Below are positions 19,392 to 30,671 of a DNA stretch of 62,042 bases, in pieces. The position numbers and the translations under genes are program-made. The notes beneath the pieces were generated by a model. That model was not told where the DNA came from and ran no database searches. It saw only the letters and a program-made list of their open reading frames with translations. Position 1 is the stretch's first letter, and each line of letters begins with the position of its first letter. The stretch lies in sequence record NZ_CP117297.1. One strand, written 5' to 3'. This DNA is from a plasmid.

Positions 19392-19847
19392 TTAACTATA
19401 CCTTCTATGTATCTTGGTGAGACTATCAGTTCCTCCTAGATATGAGCTAAGTATGTCAATTGCTTGGTCTACTTCGTTGGTACTAGGAACCTTTTTCTCT
19501 ATAATCCGGTTGAATTTAATATTGATACTATTAATTTTTGGTATCAATTTTTTACCTTGAGATGTTAAACAAATTAGACTCACTCTTTTATCTTCTTTAT
19601 TAACTTTTCTTTCTAATAATCCTCTTTTTATTAGTGACTGAACTAATCGACTAGGTGATTTCTTCTCACATATTAACAAATTTCCCAAGTCTTTTACAGA
19701 CATTGCGCCATAGGCGTTAAGGATCGTTAGTACTTCGACCTGATTGGGGGTTAGACCTAAATCTTTAAGTAAATCATTGAAGATATGCAAAAATTCGCGC
19801 TCACAGCTTTTAATTAAAAATCTCAAAATTTCAATTTTTTTATCCAT
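19392..19847 (-). CDS. MarR-family transcriptional regulator
   Basis: wHTH region LTPNQVEVLTILNAYGAMSVKDLGNLL. RBS ggagtga before the MDKKIEIL start. Confidence 0.7.
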   Translation of the reverse strand: MDKKIEILRFLIKSCEREFLHIFNDLLKDLGLTPNQVEVLTILNAYGAMSVKDLGNLLICEKKSPSRLVQSLIKRGLLERKVNKEDKRVSLICLTSQGKKLIPKINSINIKFNRIIEKKVPSTNEVDQAIDILSSYLGGTDSLTKIHRRYS

Positions 19848-20010
19848 TTTTATATCACTCCGTAATAGCAATTAGTAATATTAATTGGATTATATTATAA
19901 AGTTCTAATTAATACTAGAAAAAACGTGACATGTAGTCTATTATAGTGAATACATGATATATCATGTATTTACTACAACGTATAAAATTATTTGAGAGGA
20001 TGTTAATTAG

Positions 20011-20700
20011 ATGATTGAATTTGAAAAAATTGATAAGGAATATCATGTTGGTGATCAAAGAGTTAAAGCTCTTCATAATGTAAGTTTCCATATTAAACCA
20101 GGTAATCTAACTATTATTTTAGGTCCCTCCGGTTCCGGGAAAAGTACTCTTTTGAACATTCTTGGTGGTATGGATCGGCCAACTCATGGCAAAGTTAGAT
20201 TTGATAAAAGTTTAGTATCTGATCTAAATGATCACGAACTAACAAATTATCGTAGGGACAAAATCGGATTTGTCTTTCAATTCTACAATTTAATTCCTAG
20301 TTTAACCGCTTTAGAAAATGTTGCCATTGCCGCCCAATTGAGTGGTAATGGGCAACATGCTAAAGAGTATTTACAACAGGTCGGCCTAACTAAGCGATTA
20401 AATAATTTTCCTAATCAAATGTCGGGTGGTGAAATGCAACGAGTTTCAATCGCACGAGCACTATCTAAAAAGCCTAAATTACTTTTATGTGACGAGCCTA
20501 CTGGTGCTTTAGATTCAAAGACAAGTATGAAAATTATGAAAATTCTCCAAGAGATCTCAAAGTCAACAGAAGCGGCTGTTGTAATGGTAACACATAATCC
20601 AAAATTTGAAGACTATGCTGACCGAGTTATCAGACTAAAAGATGGTCAGATTGAGGGAATTTATGATAATCAAAATCCAGCGGTTGTAGAGGAGGATTAA
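20011..20700 (+). CDS. ABC transporter ATP-binding protein (MacB/LolD-type)
   Basis: Walker [13 protein letters not shown] signature [15 protein letters not shown], Walker B LLLCDEPT. Confidence 0.85.
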   Translation: MIEFEKIDKEYHVGDQRVKALHNVSFHIKPGNLTIILGPSGSGKSTLLNILGGMDRPTHGKVRFDKSLVSDLNDHELTNYRRDKIGFVFQFYNLIPSLTALENVAIAAQLSGNGQHAKEYLQQVGLTKRLNNFPNQMSGGEMQRVSIARALSKKPKLLLCDEPTGALDSKTSMKIMKILQEISKSTEAAVVMVTHNPKFEDYADRVIRLKDGQIEGIYDNQNPAVVEED

Positions 20701-20703
20701 TCA

Positions 20704-22956
20704 TTGAAACTATTAAACCGAAAGCTTTTCCGTGATATTAAGCATAATTGGGCCCAATTCATGTCCGTCTTTTTAATGGCAATGCTCTCTATTATAGTGT
20801 TTGTTGGTTTGCAAGGTGCATGGCATGGATTACAAGTTAGCTTAAATAATTATCTAAATCAAAATCAATTACCAAACTATTGGATACAAAGCCAATATAT
20901 TACTAATAATGATAAAAATAAATTACTGGCAACTCAGGGAATTAAAAAAGTTGCTACCGGAACTAGATTACAGGTTACACAAAATGACCATCATTTAATT
21001 ATCGAATCTTATCAAAAACCAATAACTAGTTGGCATCAGATTAAGGGAGCTAAGTATAATAGTCAAAGTAGTAATGGTATCTGGCTTAATAAGGAATATG
21101 CAAAAGCTAATTCAATTAAAGTTGGTGATACGCTCCCAGTAACTTATAATAGCAATAAGGTTAACTTAAAAGTAAAGGGAATTATTCAAAGCCCTAACCA
21201 TATCTATTTCACAGGAACACAAGATTTTATTGCTCCAAATTATTCCAATTATGGTTATGCGTATGTCTCGCCAAATACCCTTTATGGAAAGCTAGGTTAT
21301 CAAGGACAGCAAAATATTGTAGAGATTACTGGCAAACACACAAACTTTAGGCAAGTAAGTGAAAAGATTTTTGGTAAGAGACTATTAACTTACTATAATC
21401 GACAAACTTTATCTGATATTTCAACGGCTACAGATCGAGTAATCGAAATTAGAAATCTATCATACCTTTTTTCATTTATCTTTGTTTTACTAGCAATTTT
21501 AGCCATGTATACAACTATTCAGCGACTAATTAAAAGTCAGATAGGTGAAATTGCGACATTCAAAGCACTAGGTTTTTCTAATATTCAGATTGAAAGTCAT
21601 TATGCAAGTTTTGGACTTATTGTCGGTGTGCTCGGAACAATTGTTGGAATTATAGTAGCTCCATTAGTTTCTTGGTTTGTTCTAAATTCGCAAAGGAAAA
21701 TGTTTTCGCTGCCAAGCTGGCAAATATCATATAATTTTTCTGCCCTGTTGGTAATGATTATTATAGTTTTAATCTGTGTATTCTCAGCTTACTTTGCAGC
21801 TAGAGGTGGCACTAAAGGGTTACCGGCTATTTATTTACATGGGACAACAGAGAATCAAGGAAGAGAGGTATGGCTTGAACATTGGCATGGATTATGGAAA
21901 CACTTAACGTACACAAGTAGGTGGGGACTTAGAGATGTTTTTATTAATCGAACGCGAACATTGATGGGAATTGTTGGAGTAGCTGGTGGAATGATGCTTA
22001 CAATTGCTGGTATTGGAATGCCACAATCAATGAACCATCTAATTAATAAAACATATAATAATAATTACTCGTATCATCAGCGCGTAAATGTCAATAATAT
22101 TAATTCATTCAAGCAGTCACATCCACAAGCTAAACAATGGCTTCAAGTTAATCAAGCACATTTTAGTCCTGATGACGGTTATAACCGATCACTAATTATC
22201 GTTGACCGTGGACAATTTGTTAATGTCAAGACAACAGAGGGTAAGCATATTCAAGATGGTGGTTTATATGTTACTCACGGTTTTGCACAAAGAGCTAAGA
22301 TTCATAAAGGTAATCACCTTAAAGTTAAGACGTTTGGAAGTGATAAACAGTATACTTTTAAAGTTAAGGGCATAGTTAATTCAGAGACCAATCAGGGTGC
22401 TTATATTACCGCTCATACCTGGCAAAAGGCTCACGGTTTTTATCAACCATCAATATTGCTAACTGATAAAAACTATCAACATAGTAAAGAAAATACCACT
22501 TCTATTGTTTCGATTAATGAACAAAAGAAGAATGCTCACAACTTTATTAATAGTTTAATGAGTATCTTTGCATTGATTATTTTCTTTGGAGCTTTGCTCA
22601 TTATTATTGTCCTTTATAATCTTGGTTCATTAAGCTTTATTGAAAGAACAAGAGATTATGCTACTCTTCGTGTCCTCGGTATCCATAAAAAAGAATTACA
22701 GGAACTAACGTTAATTGAAAACCTCATTACGACTCTCATTGGTTGGGTTGTTGGTATTCCCGCGGGTATTTGGTTCTTAGGTCGATATGTAGATACTTTC
22801 TCGACAATTAATCTAGAGTACACCAGATATTATAACTGGCAAACAATCTTGCTTTCCTCGCTCTTTGTTTGGCTATGTTCACTATCAACAACACTCTTCA
22901 TTAGCCGCAGGATTAAAAATATTGATATGGTACAGGCATTAAAAGGTGTGGAATGA
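20704..22956 (+). CDS. ABC transporter permease with two FtsX-like domains (MacB-type)
   Basis: 750 aa; two four-TMS blocks each preceded by a large extracytoplasmic domain. Confidence 0.75.
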   Translation: MKLLNRKLFRDIKHNWAQFMSVFLMAMLSIIVFVGLQGAWHGLQVSLNNYLNQNQLPNYWIQSQYITNNDKNKLLATQGIKKVATGTRLQVTQNDHHLIIESYQKPITSWHQIKGAKYNSQSSNGIWLNKEYAKANSIKVGDTLPVTYNSNKVNLKVKGIIQSPNHIYFTGTQDFIAPNYSNYGYAYVSPNTLYGKLGYQGQQNIVEITGKHTNFRQVSEKIFGKRLLTYYNRQTLSDISTATDRVIEIRNLSYLFSFIFVLLAILAMYTTIQRLIKSQIGEIATFKALGFSNIQIESHYASFGLIVGVLGTIVGIIVAPLVSWFVLNSQRKMFSLPSWQISYNFSALLVMIIIVLICVFSAYFAARGGTKGLPAIYLHGTTENQGREVWLEHWHGLWKHLTYTSRWGLRDVFINRTRTLMGIVGVAGGMMLTIAGIGMPQSMNHLINKTYNNNYSYHQRVNVNNINSFKQSHPQAKQWLQVNQAHFSPDDGYNRSLIIVDRGQFVNVKTTEGKHIQDGGLYVTHGFAQRAKIHKGNHLKVKTFGSDKQYTFKVKGIVNSETNQGAYITAHTWQKAHGFYQPSILLTDKNYQHSKENTTSIVSINEQKKNAHNFINSLMSIFALIIFFGALLIIIVLYNLGSLSFIERTRDYATLRVLGIHKKELQELTLIENLITTLIGWVVGIPAGIWFLGRYVDTFSTINLEYTRYYNWQTILLSSLFVWLCSLSTTLFISRRIKNIDMVQALKGVE

Positions 22957-23058
22957 TTTTATATCTATATATTAGTAATTGATCTACAGTAATTCTCACT
23001 GTTATAGTTAAGTATAATCGTATTTAAGATAATTAAATTAATAGAGTCAGTGTAGACG

Positions 23059-23400
23059 ATGAATAAGCGATCAAATAATACTAGTAAATGGATATTAGCG
23101 ATAATCGGTGGAATAATTCTATTACCTATCGTGCTCACAGTGTTATTCACAATGTCTATTAGAATACATTCCTCTTACGTAGATTCGCTAATGTATAGAT
23201 TTAAACAGGTTAGATATTATAATAAGAAATATCAGAGGAGGATTCAAAAGATATCTATAGAGAATGGTCTTAAAGGTAAAGTCAAGATAACAAATTACTA
23301 TGCTGATCATACAGAAGCAGGTACTAATGTAGACATCCAGGTAACATATAGCAAGAAAATTAATAGTATAAGAAACTATTTCATTACCACATCCGTCTAA
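23059..23400 (+). CDS. Small membrane-anchored protein (113 aa), unknown function
   Basis: N-terminal TM helix after a basic stretch, then a soluble domain. Follows the ABC permease gene. Weak RBS. Confidence 0.3.
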   Translation: MNKRSNNTSKWILAIIGGIILLPIVLTVLFTMSIRIHSSYVDSLMYRFKQVRYYNKKYQRRIQKISIENGLKGKVKITNYYADHTEAGTNVDIQVTYSKKINSIRNYFITTSV

Positions 23401-23633
23401 GATAGATGACAGATGTAGCTTTACCACTGCTAAGATGAAATTCACTGATATTAGTATACCATTTGGTATTGGACATCAATGCTAAAATGTCGTGATAAAT
23501 TATATTTGGAAAAAGAAAGAACCGTTTAGAATTTCAAATGAAACTCTAAACGGTTCTTCTTCTTAGGAGGCTTATGTCATAAACCCTCTAATAAATTACC
23601 TATATTAGTCCACTAAAGGCCATCCAATCATGA

Positions 23634-25982
23634 TCAGATAGTAAACCTGTTTATAACTACTAAACCTAAGCTTAATAGTAACATTACTATTCCAACGAAC
23701 ATCATACCTATTGATGATCTATCACCTGTTTGAGGTAATCTACTTGTTTTATCGTACGTTTTACCTTGAGTGAAATCTTTTGGTACTACCTTATTTCCAT
23801 TATTAGGAACTTGAGGTTTCTTAGGCGTTGTCGGGTTATTAGGAACCTGGGGCTTCTTAGGTGTTGTCGGATTATGGGTATTAGTAATATTGTAACCATC
23901 GATAGTACTTGTGTACCCAGCAACTGCATCTTCCGTTACCGTGTAGGTAATCTTCTGACCATTAGCGTAAGCGGCTAAGTTGTCAAAACTGTATTGCCAG
24001 TTATCACTAGCACTAACCGTCTTACTTGCGACTTGCCGACCGTTAGCCAACAAGTTCACGGTGATTGAACTTGGGCGGATTCCATCTTGATTGTTGTTAT
24101 CCTTCCAAGTCTTGGTTCCAGATACCTTGACGGTAGCAGGAGTGTGGCTGTTAGTTACGTTGTAACCATCAACAGTACTTGTGTACCCAGCAACTGCATT
24201 TTCCGTTACCGTGTAGGTAATCTTCTGACCATTAGCGTAAGCGGCTAAGTTGTCAAAACTGTATTGCCAGTTATCACTAGCACTAACCGTCTTACTTGCG
24301 ACTTGCCGACCGTTAGCCAACAAGTTCACGGTGATTGAGCTTGGGCGGATTCCATCTTGATTGTTGTTATCCTTCCAAGTCTTCGTCCCTGAAACTGAGG
24401 TTTTCTCAATCTTATCGATAATTTTAATAACGGCCCCTTTTGAATCAAAATTTGTAGAAGTTACGATTACCGTATCTGCTAATTGATATCCCTTAGGTGC
24501 ACTGACCTCTTTCAATTGGTAACTATCACGTAACAACCCATAGATAGTGCCCTGGCCTGAGGAATCTGTTGTGATAGTTCCTACAACTTCTCCAGTTGAC
24601 TGTCGAATTACATCAAAGATAGCGTCATGTAATGGATTGCCAGATTCATCCACCTTTTTTATTGTTAAACTATAATTATATCCGTTTGCAGTACCATTTG
24701 CCTCTTGATAATATACTGTATTAGTAAACTCATTCATCTTATGGTCGTTATACGAATAACTTGATGAATTTTTAATTTGTTCTCCGTTAATCAACTTATG
24801 AGAAGGCTTTACCTTATAGGTGATAGAGAAACCCTGATTGATATTACCAAGATTCACAGAAAAAGATGAGCCATTGAATTCAGGGGTATATTTTTCAGTT
24901 ACTTCTTTAGGGTTAGACAATGACCAATAGTTATTGGCGTCCTTAACCCAAGTTCCAGTTGCAATTTTTATGCTTGACTGTTCGTAATTAACTCCAGCAG
25001 AATTAAGAATATCCTTAATAATAACATTATTCCGTTTAGAATTAGTTGTGTTTATAGCAATATGGTATTTAAGTTCATTGTTATCATAATCCATCCATCC
25101 ATATTTATAAAAATCAATATCACTATCACCTTTATTAACTTTATAGCTTATACCCGTGCTATCGATAGTAACTACATTCCCGTTTATTTTAATTGTTGCA
25201 GGGAGTATCGTGTCCTTTTTCACCTTTTCTGTGTCAGCCATTATTTGCATATTAATGTGGCCGGTAACATCATCATGTGTATTTACATAGTCCGTGTATG
25301 TTAAGACCAACGTCTTTTTTTCTTTATTAATAATTGCACTAGCAACCGTAGTCACCCCATCAGGAGCGTAGACATTAAATGATTGATCTCTAGTAAAATC
25401 CAACTCATTAGGAAGTGATATTGTCGTATAATCTCCGGATCTTACTGAATTAGGAACAGAAAAGTCAAAAGAGAATTCTGTAGTTCCTCCACCTGAGATC
25501 TCCTTAGTTGATGATCTCTGATTGGTAATTGTAATATCAACGCTAGTTCCTTTATTATATGCAGATGGGGAACTATTATTCTTAGAAATACTATTAACTG
25601 ATGGACCCTGATTAGTATTAGCCCCACTATTAGAAGTCGAGTATTGACTATTACTTATATAATTACGGTCCTCCTGAACTGGCTGATTATTGTCAGTTGG
25701 TGCTCTCGGTTGTGCTTCTGTATTAGTAACTTGTTTCTGAGACGTCTGATCGTCCGAAGAACTAGTATTATCTGTGGTATTACTATTAACGGTACTTATC
25801 TGCGGTTCTTCCTGTTGATTAATAACAGTCCCGGACTCCGTACCGTTCTGGGTAATATTTGTCTTGCTATCAGCATATACGGTCATACCATTATTAGATG
25901 ATATCCATATTGACCCTAATAACGAAAATAAGACTAGTCCCATCATAAATAAAAGTCGACGATGCCTAGATTTATTACTCAT
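23634..25982 (-). CDS. LPXTG-anchored adhesin with two CnaB-type repeats and an N-terminal collagen-binding-like domain
   Basis: Signal peptide after MSNKSRHRR (RBS aaggagg). Ser/Thr/Asn-rich region. Two 90-aa repeats TWKDNNNQDGIRPSSITVNLLANGRQVASKTVSASDNWQYSFDNLAAYANGQKITYTVTE (CnaB-like). C-terminal LPQTG. Confidence 0.7.
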   Translation of the reverse strand: MSNKSRHRRLLFMMGLVLFSLLGSIWISSNNGMTVYADSKTNITQNGTESGTVINQQEEPQISTVNSNTTDNTSSSDDQTSQKQVTNTEAQPRAPTDNNQPVQEDRNYISNSQYSTSNSGANTNQGPSVNSISKNNSSPSAYNKGTSVDITITNQRSSTKEISGGGTTEFSFDFSVPNSVRSGDYTTISLPNELDFTRDQSFNVYAPDGVTTVASAIINKEKKTLVLTYTDYVNTHDDVTGHINMQIMADTEKVKKDTILPATIKINGNVVTIDSTGISYKVNKGDSDIDFYKYGWMDYDNNELKYHIAINTTNSKRNNVIIKDILNSAGVNYEQSSIKIATGTWVKDANNYWSLSNPKEVTEKYTPEFNGSSFSVNLGNINQGFSITYKVKPSHKLINGEQIKNSSSYSYNDHKMNEFTNTVYYQEANGTANGYNYSLTIKKVDESGNPLHDAIFDVIRQSTGEVVGTITTDSSGQGTIYGLLRDSYQLKEVSAPKGYQLADTVIVTSTNFDSKGAVIKIIDKIEKTSVSGTKTWKDNNNQDGIRPSSITVNLLANGRQVASKTVSASDNWQYSFDNLAAYANGQKITYTVTENAVAGYTSTVDGYNVTNSHTPATVKVSGTKTWKDNNNQDGIRPSSITVNLLANGRQVASKTVSASDNWQYSFDNLAAYANGQKITYTVTEDAVAGYTSTIDGYNITNTHNPTTPKKPQVPNNPTTPKKPQVPNNGNKVVPKDFTQGKTYDKTSRLPQTGDRSSIGMMFVGIVMLLLSLGLVVINRFTI
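23886..24425. repeat. Two tandem near-identical 270-bp repeats (CnaB-domain coding)
   Basis: 23891-24160 and 24161-24430 are near-identical at the nucleotide level. Confidence 0.8.
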
Positions 25983-26558
25983 ACTGTTGCCTCCTTCTTT
26001 GTTTTCTATGCGCAATACTAAAGATTATCACATACCCTTATATTATCATATTCTTATAGGAAATTTCACACTAACTTCACCAACCGTCAACAGTGATATC
26101 ACTAGTATTAGCGTAGTTATCAAATATATGTTCCCGATGACATAACAAAGGCGCTGTATCGACAGTGAAAAAGCCGGCACAGCGCCTTTTGTTATATTCA
26201 AACTCTGGTCTCCCCTAAAGTTTCCCAATTTCATATTCATACATATTTTACAGGTCACGTTTGGGAGCCTTCCCTAAGGCCCTTACGAGTAAATACGATT
26301 CTACCCCCCTAAAACAAAAGTTTAAAGGAAACACTAAAGTAATAGCTCGACTGATTATACCATACTACATAAGGTGAACCCTCGGTCAATTATGAGCGAT
26401 AAAGAAACGTTTGTCCAATAAAGTGAAAATTTGTTGAATATTTTTTAATAGCTTCTCACTACTTATGGATATAAAAAATGACACTAGCTAACAATCCCAT
26501 TTTACCGGGGTTATGTATGAGCTGGTGTCAAAACTTAAAGTTATGAAGCAGAAATTGA

Positions 26559-27941
26559 TTATGCTTTCCGTTTTAGAACGAACTGAATTAACAAAGATGC
26601 TACTAAGACATACAAAATTACATTGATTAAAAATGTCGCCTGAATAATCCCATTCCAATTTGAACCTAGATTAGAAATAATCATACCCATTATTGCGGTT
26701 CCAAATAAGCCACCAATTTGTTTATTTGCATTCAGTGTTGCCCCAGCGATACTTGAATATTGTTTGCCCGAAGCTTGCATTAATAATGTTGTACTTGATG
26801 GCACCACAACACCAATCCCAATACTCATAATTGCAAAATTAATAATAATAAGCCAAGCAGGCACTGGTTGAACTAAAAATGAGCTAATGAGCATTAATGC
26901 CGCTCCAAGTAGCGTCAATAATGTCGCATAAATGGCTAATTTTTTCGACCCAATTGTGTTGGCATATTTTGTATAAAATAAGTTCCCAATAATCAACACC
27001 GTCATACCCGGTAAAATCAATAAGCCAGCTAACATGGAAGAAAAGTGAAGTGCCATCTGATAGTAGAGGCCAAGTACTAAAACAATTCCGTATAGCGAAA
27101 CGTTGGTTAAAAAGCCGACCAAGTTTGTTGCCGTGAACTCTGGGTTCACAAGCAGTTGCCTAGGAATAATCGGTGCAGAACTTCGACTAATTTTCAGAAT
27201 AAACAATCCACCAAATATAAAGGTTGCAATTAAGAAAGTAAGAATTCGCCCACTATCATAACCAAACTGATTACCTTCTACTAAGAAGATAACCAAGCTA
27301 GAGATCGTCAAGACTAACAGTAAGTTGCTGATCACATCAATTTTACTATGATTAATGGGCTGATCATGGGCTACTGTCATCAAAATGTATGTAACCGTCA
27401 CAATCCCAATGGGGACATTAATTAAGAATACACTTCGCCAGCCAAAGTACTGAATTAATGTTCCCCCAATAAAGGAACCCGTACCTGTCGCTACTGAAAT
27501 AATCGTTGTCCAGATTCCGAGCATTTTTGGTAACTTTCCAGACGTTGAAAATGCCTGATATAAAATTGCCATTGAGGCAGGCATAAATAACGAAGCACCT
27601 AACCCTTGAATAAAGCGTAACAAAATCAGCAAATTAATATCTCCAGCGAATGAACATCCTAATGAAGCCAAAACAAATAGCGACATTCCAGTCACTAACA
27701 TTCGGCGAGCACCAAATTTATTCGCCAAGTTCCCTGCTAATAGCAAAAAGGTTCCTAATGCTAACGTATAAGCATTGATAATCCAAATTGAATTGCTGAT
27801 AGAAACCACTAAAAACTTCTTAATTTCCGGAACGGCCAAAACCACCCCGGTCGTATCTAAAACTGCCATTACAAACCCCAAGGATAGAATAACTAGCAAG
27901 GTGATTGATTTTCCCTTAGTTAATTGAGCTTCTTGTTTCAT
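26559..27941 (-). CDS. MFS transporter, DHA2 (EmrB/QacA)-like, 14 TMS
   Basis: 460 aa hydrophobic protein. Divergently transcribed from an Rrf2 regulator. Confidence 0.7.
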   Translation of the reverse strand: MKQEAQLTKGKSITLLVILSLGFVMAVLDTTGVVLAVPEIKKFLVVSISNSIWIINAYTLALGTFLLLAGNLANKFGARRMLVTGMSLFVLASLGCSFAGDINLLILLRFIQGLGASLFMPASMAILYQAFSTSGKLPKMLGIWTTIISVATGTGSFIGGTLIQYFGWRSVFLINVPIGIVTVTYILMTVAHDQPINHSKIDVISNLLLVLTISSLVIFLVEGNQFGYDSGRILTFLIATFIFGGLFILKISRSSAPIIPRQLLVNPEFTATNLVGFLTNVSLYGIVLVLGLYYQMALHFSSMLAGLLILPGMTVLIIGNLFYTKYANTIGSKKLAIYATLLTLLGAALMLISSFLVQPVPAWLIIINFAIMSIGIGVVVPSSTTLLMQASGKQYSSIAGATLNANKQIGGLFGTAIMGMIISNLGSNWNGIIQATFLINVILYVLVASLLIQFVLKRKA

Positions 27942-28217
27942 AGATCTATTGTCCTCCTAGCTTGGCAACCCATTTGGGATCAGATATTATCCCAGCAAAT
28001 TGATTTATCACTCACAAATTCCACTTCCATCCTCAAATTTAAACATTCTATATTCTCTTTGGTAGAAAAACCCGCAAGAATAGGTTAAGATATGAAGGAG
28101 ATATCTAATAGACCCGATTATTCAAAAAAGAAAGCATTCAGATCTATTAGAAACATTCTTTATCCCTAAATCGAATTTTATGGTTTTTAATATAAATGTA
28201 TGTAAGGAGAATGTCAA

Positions 28218-28706
28218 GTGAAAATCTCATCAGGATTAGAGCAAAGTATCTATGTACTATTAATATTATCAAGAGTGCCGCAAGGGGAAACGTTAAGTTC
28301 CATTGTAATTAGTGAGCGACTAGATGTTTCACATTCTTACTTAAAGAAAATTGTTAAGTCACTTGTTCATGAAGGCTTAGTGAATTCAACCCCTGGGAAG
28401 AATGGAGGATTCTCTATTTCAAGGCCCTTAAATGAAATTAACTTATATCAGGTATTTACTGCGGTAGAAGGAAAAGGCAGCATCTTTAATAGTCAATACC
28501 TCATTAAAGATTTCATTGAAGGAACTGATAACGGAAATGAAAAAGAATGTGTCATCTCTCAGGTTATGGATACCGTTGAACAAAAGCTAAGAATATCATT
28601 ACAGTCAGTTTTATTGTCTCAAATTCTAGCGAATATCAAAGATATTTACGATATTGATAAACTCGATCGTTGGATTAGTGATGTGGTTGCTGAACCGGCC
28701 AAATGA
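28218..28706 (+). CDS. Rrf2-family transcriptional regulator
   Basis: N-terminal wHTH with YVLLILSR .. SSIVISERLDVSHSYLKKIVKSLVHEGLV. Confidence 0.65.
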   Translation: MKISSGLEQSIYVLLILSRVPQGETLSSIVISERLDVSHSYLKKIVKSLVHEGLVNSTPGKNGGFSISRPLNEINLYQVFTAVEGKGSIFNSQYLIKDFIEGTDNGNEKECVISQVMDTVEQKLRISLQSVLLSQILANIKDIYDIDKLDRWISDVVAEPAK

Positions 28707-29020
28707 ATATAAATCTTATCATCACTTGGCCGATCAAGATCCCAATTAGCCCCATAAGATTTTGGAAAACGGCAGCGCACGTTAGCTACCTTCCTTACTA
28801 CATTTTATGGATGGGGGGGGTTACGCCTAATCTTCCTAGAGGATATTTGAATTTTTAATCGGTAACACTAATTTTGACATCTTGACGATCTCCCGCGTTA
28901 TTTTTTGGTCACTGGGTCCTTGTAACCATTAATACAGATAAATCGATGATCGATAATACAGATAAATCCCAGTTGATTTATTTAAATCACTTTGTTAAAT
29001 GTGGTACAACTAGAGATGTT

Positions 29021-29156
29021 CAGCTTCACTAAGGACCACTAATGGGACTTTTAAGGGGTTAAGTCCCCGGGCAACGGCTTCGCAACTAGCATAAGACTTG
29101 TTATCAATTAAGAAGATCACGCCATGGGGTTCATCATCAGTAAACAATTTCATCAT
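29021..29156 (-). pseudogene. N-terminal fragment of a UmuC/Y-family DNA polymerase gene
   Basis: Minus strand encodes MMKLFTDDEPHGVIFLIDNKSYASCEAVARGLNPLKVPLVVLSEAEHL then stops. Paralogous to 32393-32656. Confidence 0.5.
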
Positions 29157-29273
29157 TTCCGTTAGCTTTTACCTGTATTGTAGCACAGAAGGCAAACGTG
29201 TGTTCCCTAAAAGCTGCTAGGAAGCTGATTAAAAATAGTCGAAAATCAGTTATAGTCATGCTATAATGTAGAC

Positions 29274-29400
29274 AGAAAAAGGAAGCCCCGCTAGAACAGG
29301 ACTTCCCATGCAAGCCGCTTCAAAGGCGGTGGCGAAGTTAATAAGACAGCATTAAGCTACCCTGTAACTGGCCAAAGTTACGCAGGGTGGCTTTTTATTT
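29274..29400 (+). ncRNA. Candidate type I antitoxin sRNA (copy 2)
   Basis: Same conserved promoter/5' element (tgctataat at 29259-29267) and terminator cagggtggctttttatttg overlapping the toxin ORF. Confidence 0.5.
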
Positions 29401-29484
29401 GTGGTGCTTGTCGATATAGCTGAGTAGCGCGATTAAAAATGTGCCAAACAGCAACATCAACGAGAGTGTCTGGAAGACGCTCAT
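29395..29484 (-). CDS. Fst/Lpt-like type I toxin peptide (29 aa) MSVFQTLSLMLLFGTFLIALLSYIDKHHK
   Basis: One substitution relative to copy 1. Convergent with the sRNA. Confidence 0.55.
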   Translation of the reverse strand: MSVFQTLSLMLLFGTFLIALLSYIDKHHK

Positions 29485-29930
29485 TGACTGTGAAACCTTC
29501 CTGAAGATTATTCCATGTTCCCATGGGCCTCACCTCGCAAGGGAAAAGACAGCCACCGCCCTTAAAACTTCTTGCGAAGTTTATTATACAAAGAAACTCG
29601 CAACAACATCAAGCAGATCGAAGTACTAGATTTTGTTTAACGTAGTAACAAAACAAAGGAGAGGCTACCAATGTGTGTACCTAATTTATTGCAGTTTGTA
29701 CCTAATGATTATATTGCAAATAATTATTTAAAAACTAATTTTTATTTAAAAGATGTTCTATGCTATAGAAAATTGGTCTCCTTCCATTCATGCTGATGTT
29801 CCATTAGTAAAAGTCTTAGTGTCATGCTTTTCTTATTGATTAGCATGGCTTTTCTTTTGCCTATTCTCAAAAAACCCGCTACCTTCCCAATGAGTGAAGT
29901 GCAACAAAAAAGTTAGACAAAATTGATTAT

Positions 29931-30671
29931 TTAAGCTACCAAGGTATGATTTCGGTATTCAACCGGAGTCATACCTTTTGTTTTTAAGGAGATACGTTGG
30001 TAATTAAAGTAATGAATGTATTGAGCTGAGAGTGATTTTAATTCAGCTAAGTCTTTACATGGTGGGAAACCATCTAATAACTCTGTCTTAAACAGGTGAA
30101 AGAAACTCTCCATTGGTGCGTTATCATGACAATTTCCCTTACGGGACATACTTTGAATAAAGTGATTATCAGCTAACTTTTGGGTATAGTACCCCAGTTG
30201 ATAGTGCCACCCCTGATCAGAATGAATAATTGGTTGAGCATTATCAGGCAGCTTTGTACATAGCTCGTTGAGAGTAGCGGTAATCAACTGTCGATCAGGA
30301 TGTTGACTCAATTGGAAGGCTAAAACTTCCTTACTGGCTTCATCGATAATTGAGGAAATATAAGCCCAACTGTGATTAGCTAAGCGAACTTGAGAAACAT
30401 CTGTGTGGAGGACTTGATAAGGAATGGTGGCCTGAAATTGTTGTTTTAGTAGATTATCCGCAACTGTGCCCACATTACCTTCATAAGATGAGTATTTACC
30501 ACTACGGTGGCGATTATACAGTGCCACTTGAACATCTAATTTCGCCATCAACTTGTTCACCGTCATGTCCGCCAAATGAATGCCCATTGCCCGCAGTTTT
30601 TGGTTCACGCGACGATAACCGTAGGTCCATCGTCCGCGGACTTGCCCTTCTTTAGCCACGCTAAGAATCAC
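29931..30671 (-). CDS. IS3-family transposase OrfB
   Basis: rve integrase core (HSDQGWHY .. GNCHDNAPMESFF). Confidence 0.8.
   Translation of the reverse strand: MILSVAKEGQVRGRWTYGYRRVNQKLRAMGIHLADMTVNKLMAKLDVQVALYNRHRSGKYSSYEGNVGTVADNLLKQQFQATIPYQVLHTDVSQVRLANHSWAYISSIIDEASKEVLAFQLSQHPDRQLITATLNELCTKLPDNAQPIIHSDQGWHYQLGYYTQKLADNHFIQSMSRKGNCHDNAPMESFFHLFKTELLDGFPPCKDLAELKSLSAQYIHYFNYQRISLKTKGMTPVEYRNHTLVA

Noticed and set aside
23766-26258. Short ORFs on both strands within and just upstream of the CnaB adhesin gene
   Set aside because: They overlap the 793-aa adhesin CDS or low-complexity AT-rich sequence, so they are likely spurious.
29441-29629. 62-aa plus-strand ORF overlapping the type I toxin copy 2
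   Set aside because: It overlaps the conserved toxin peptide ORF and its promoter on the opposite strand. The same region in copy 1 has no equivalent ORF.
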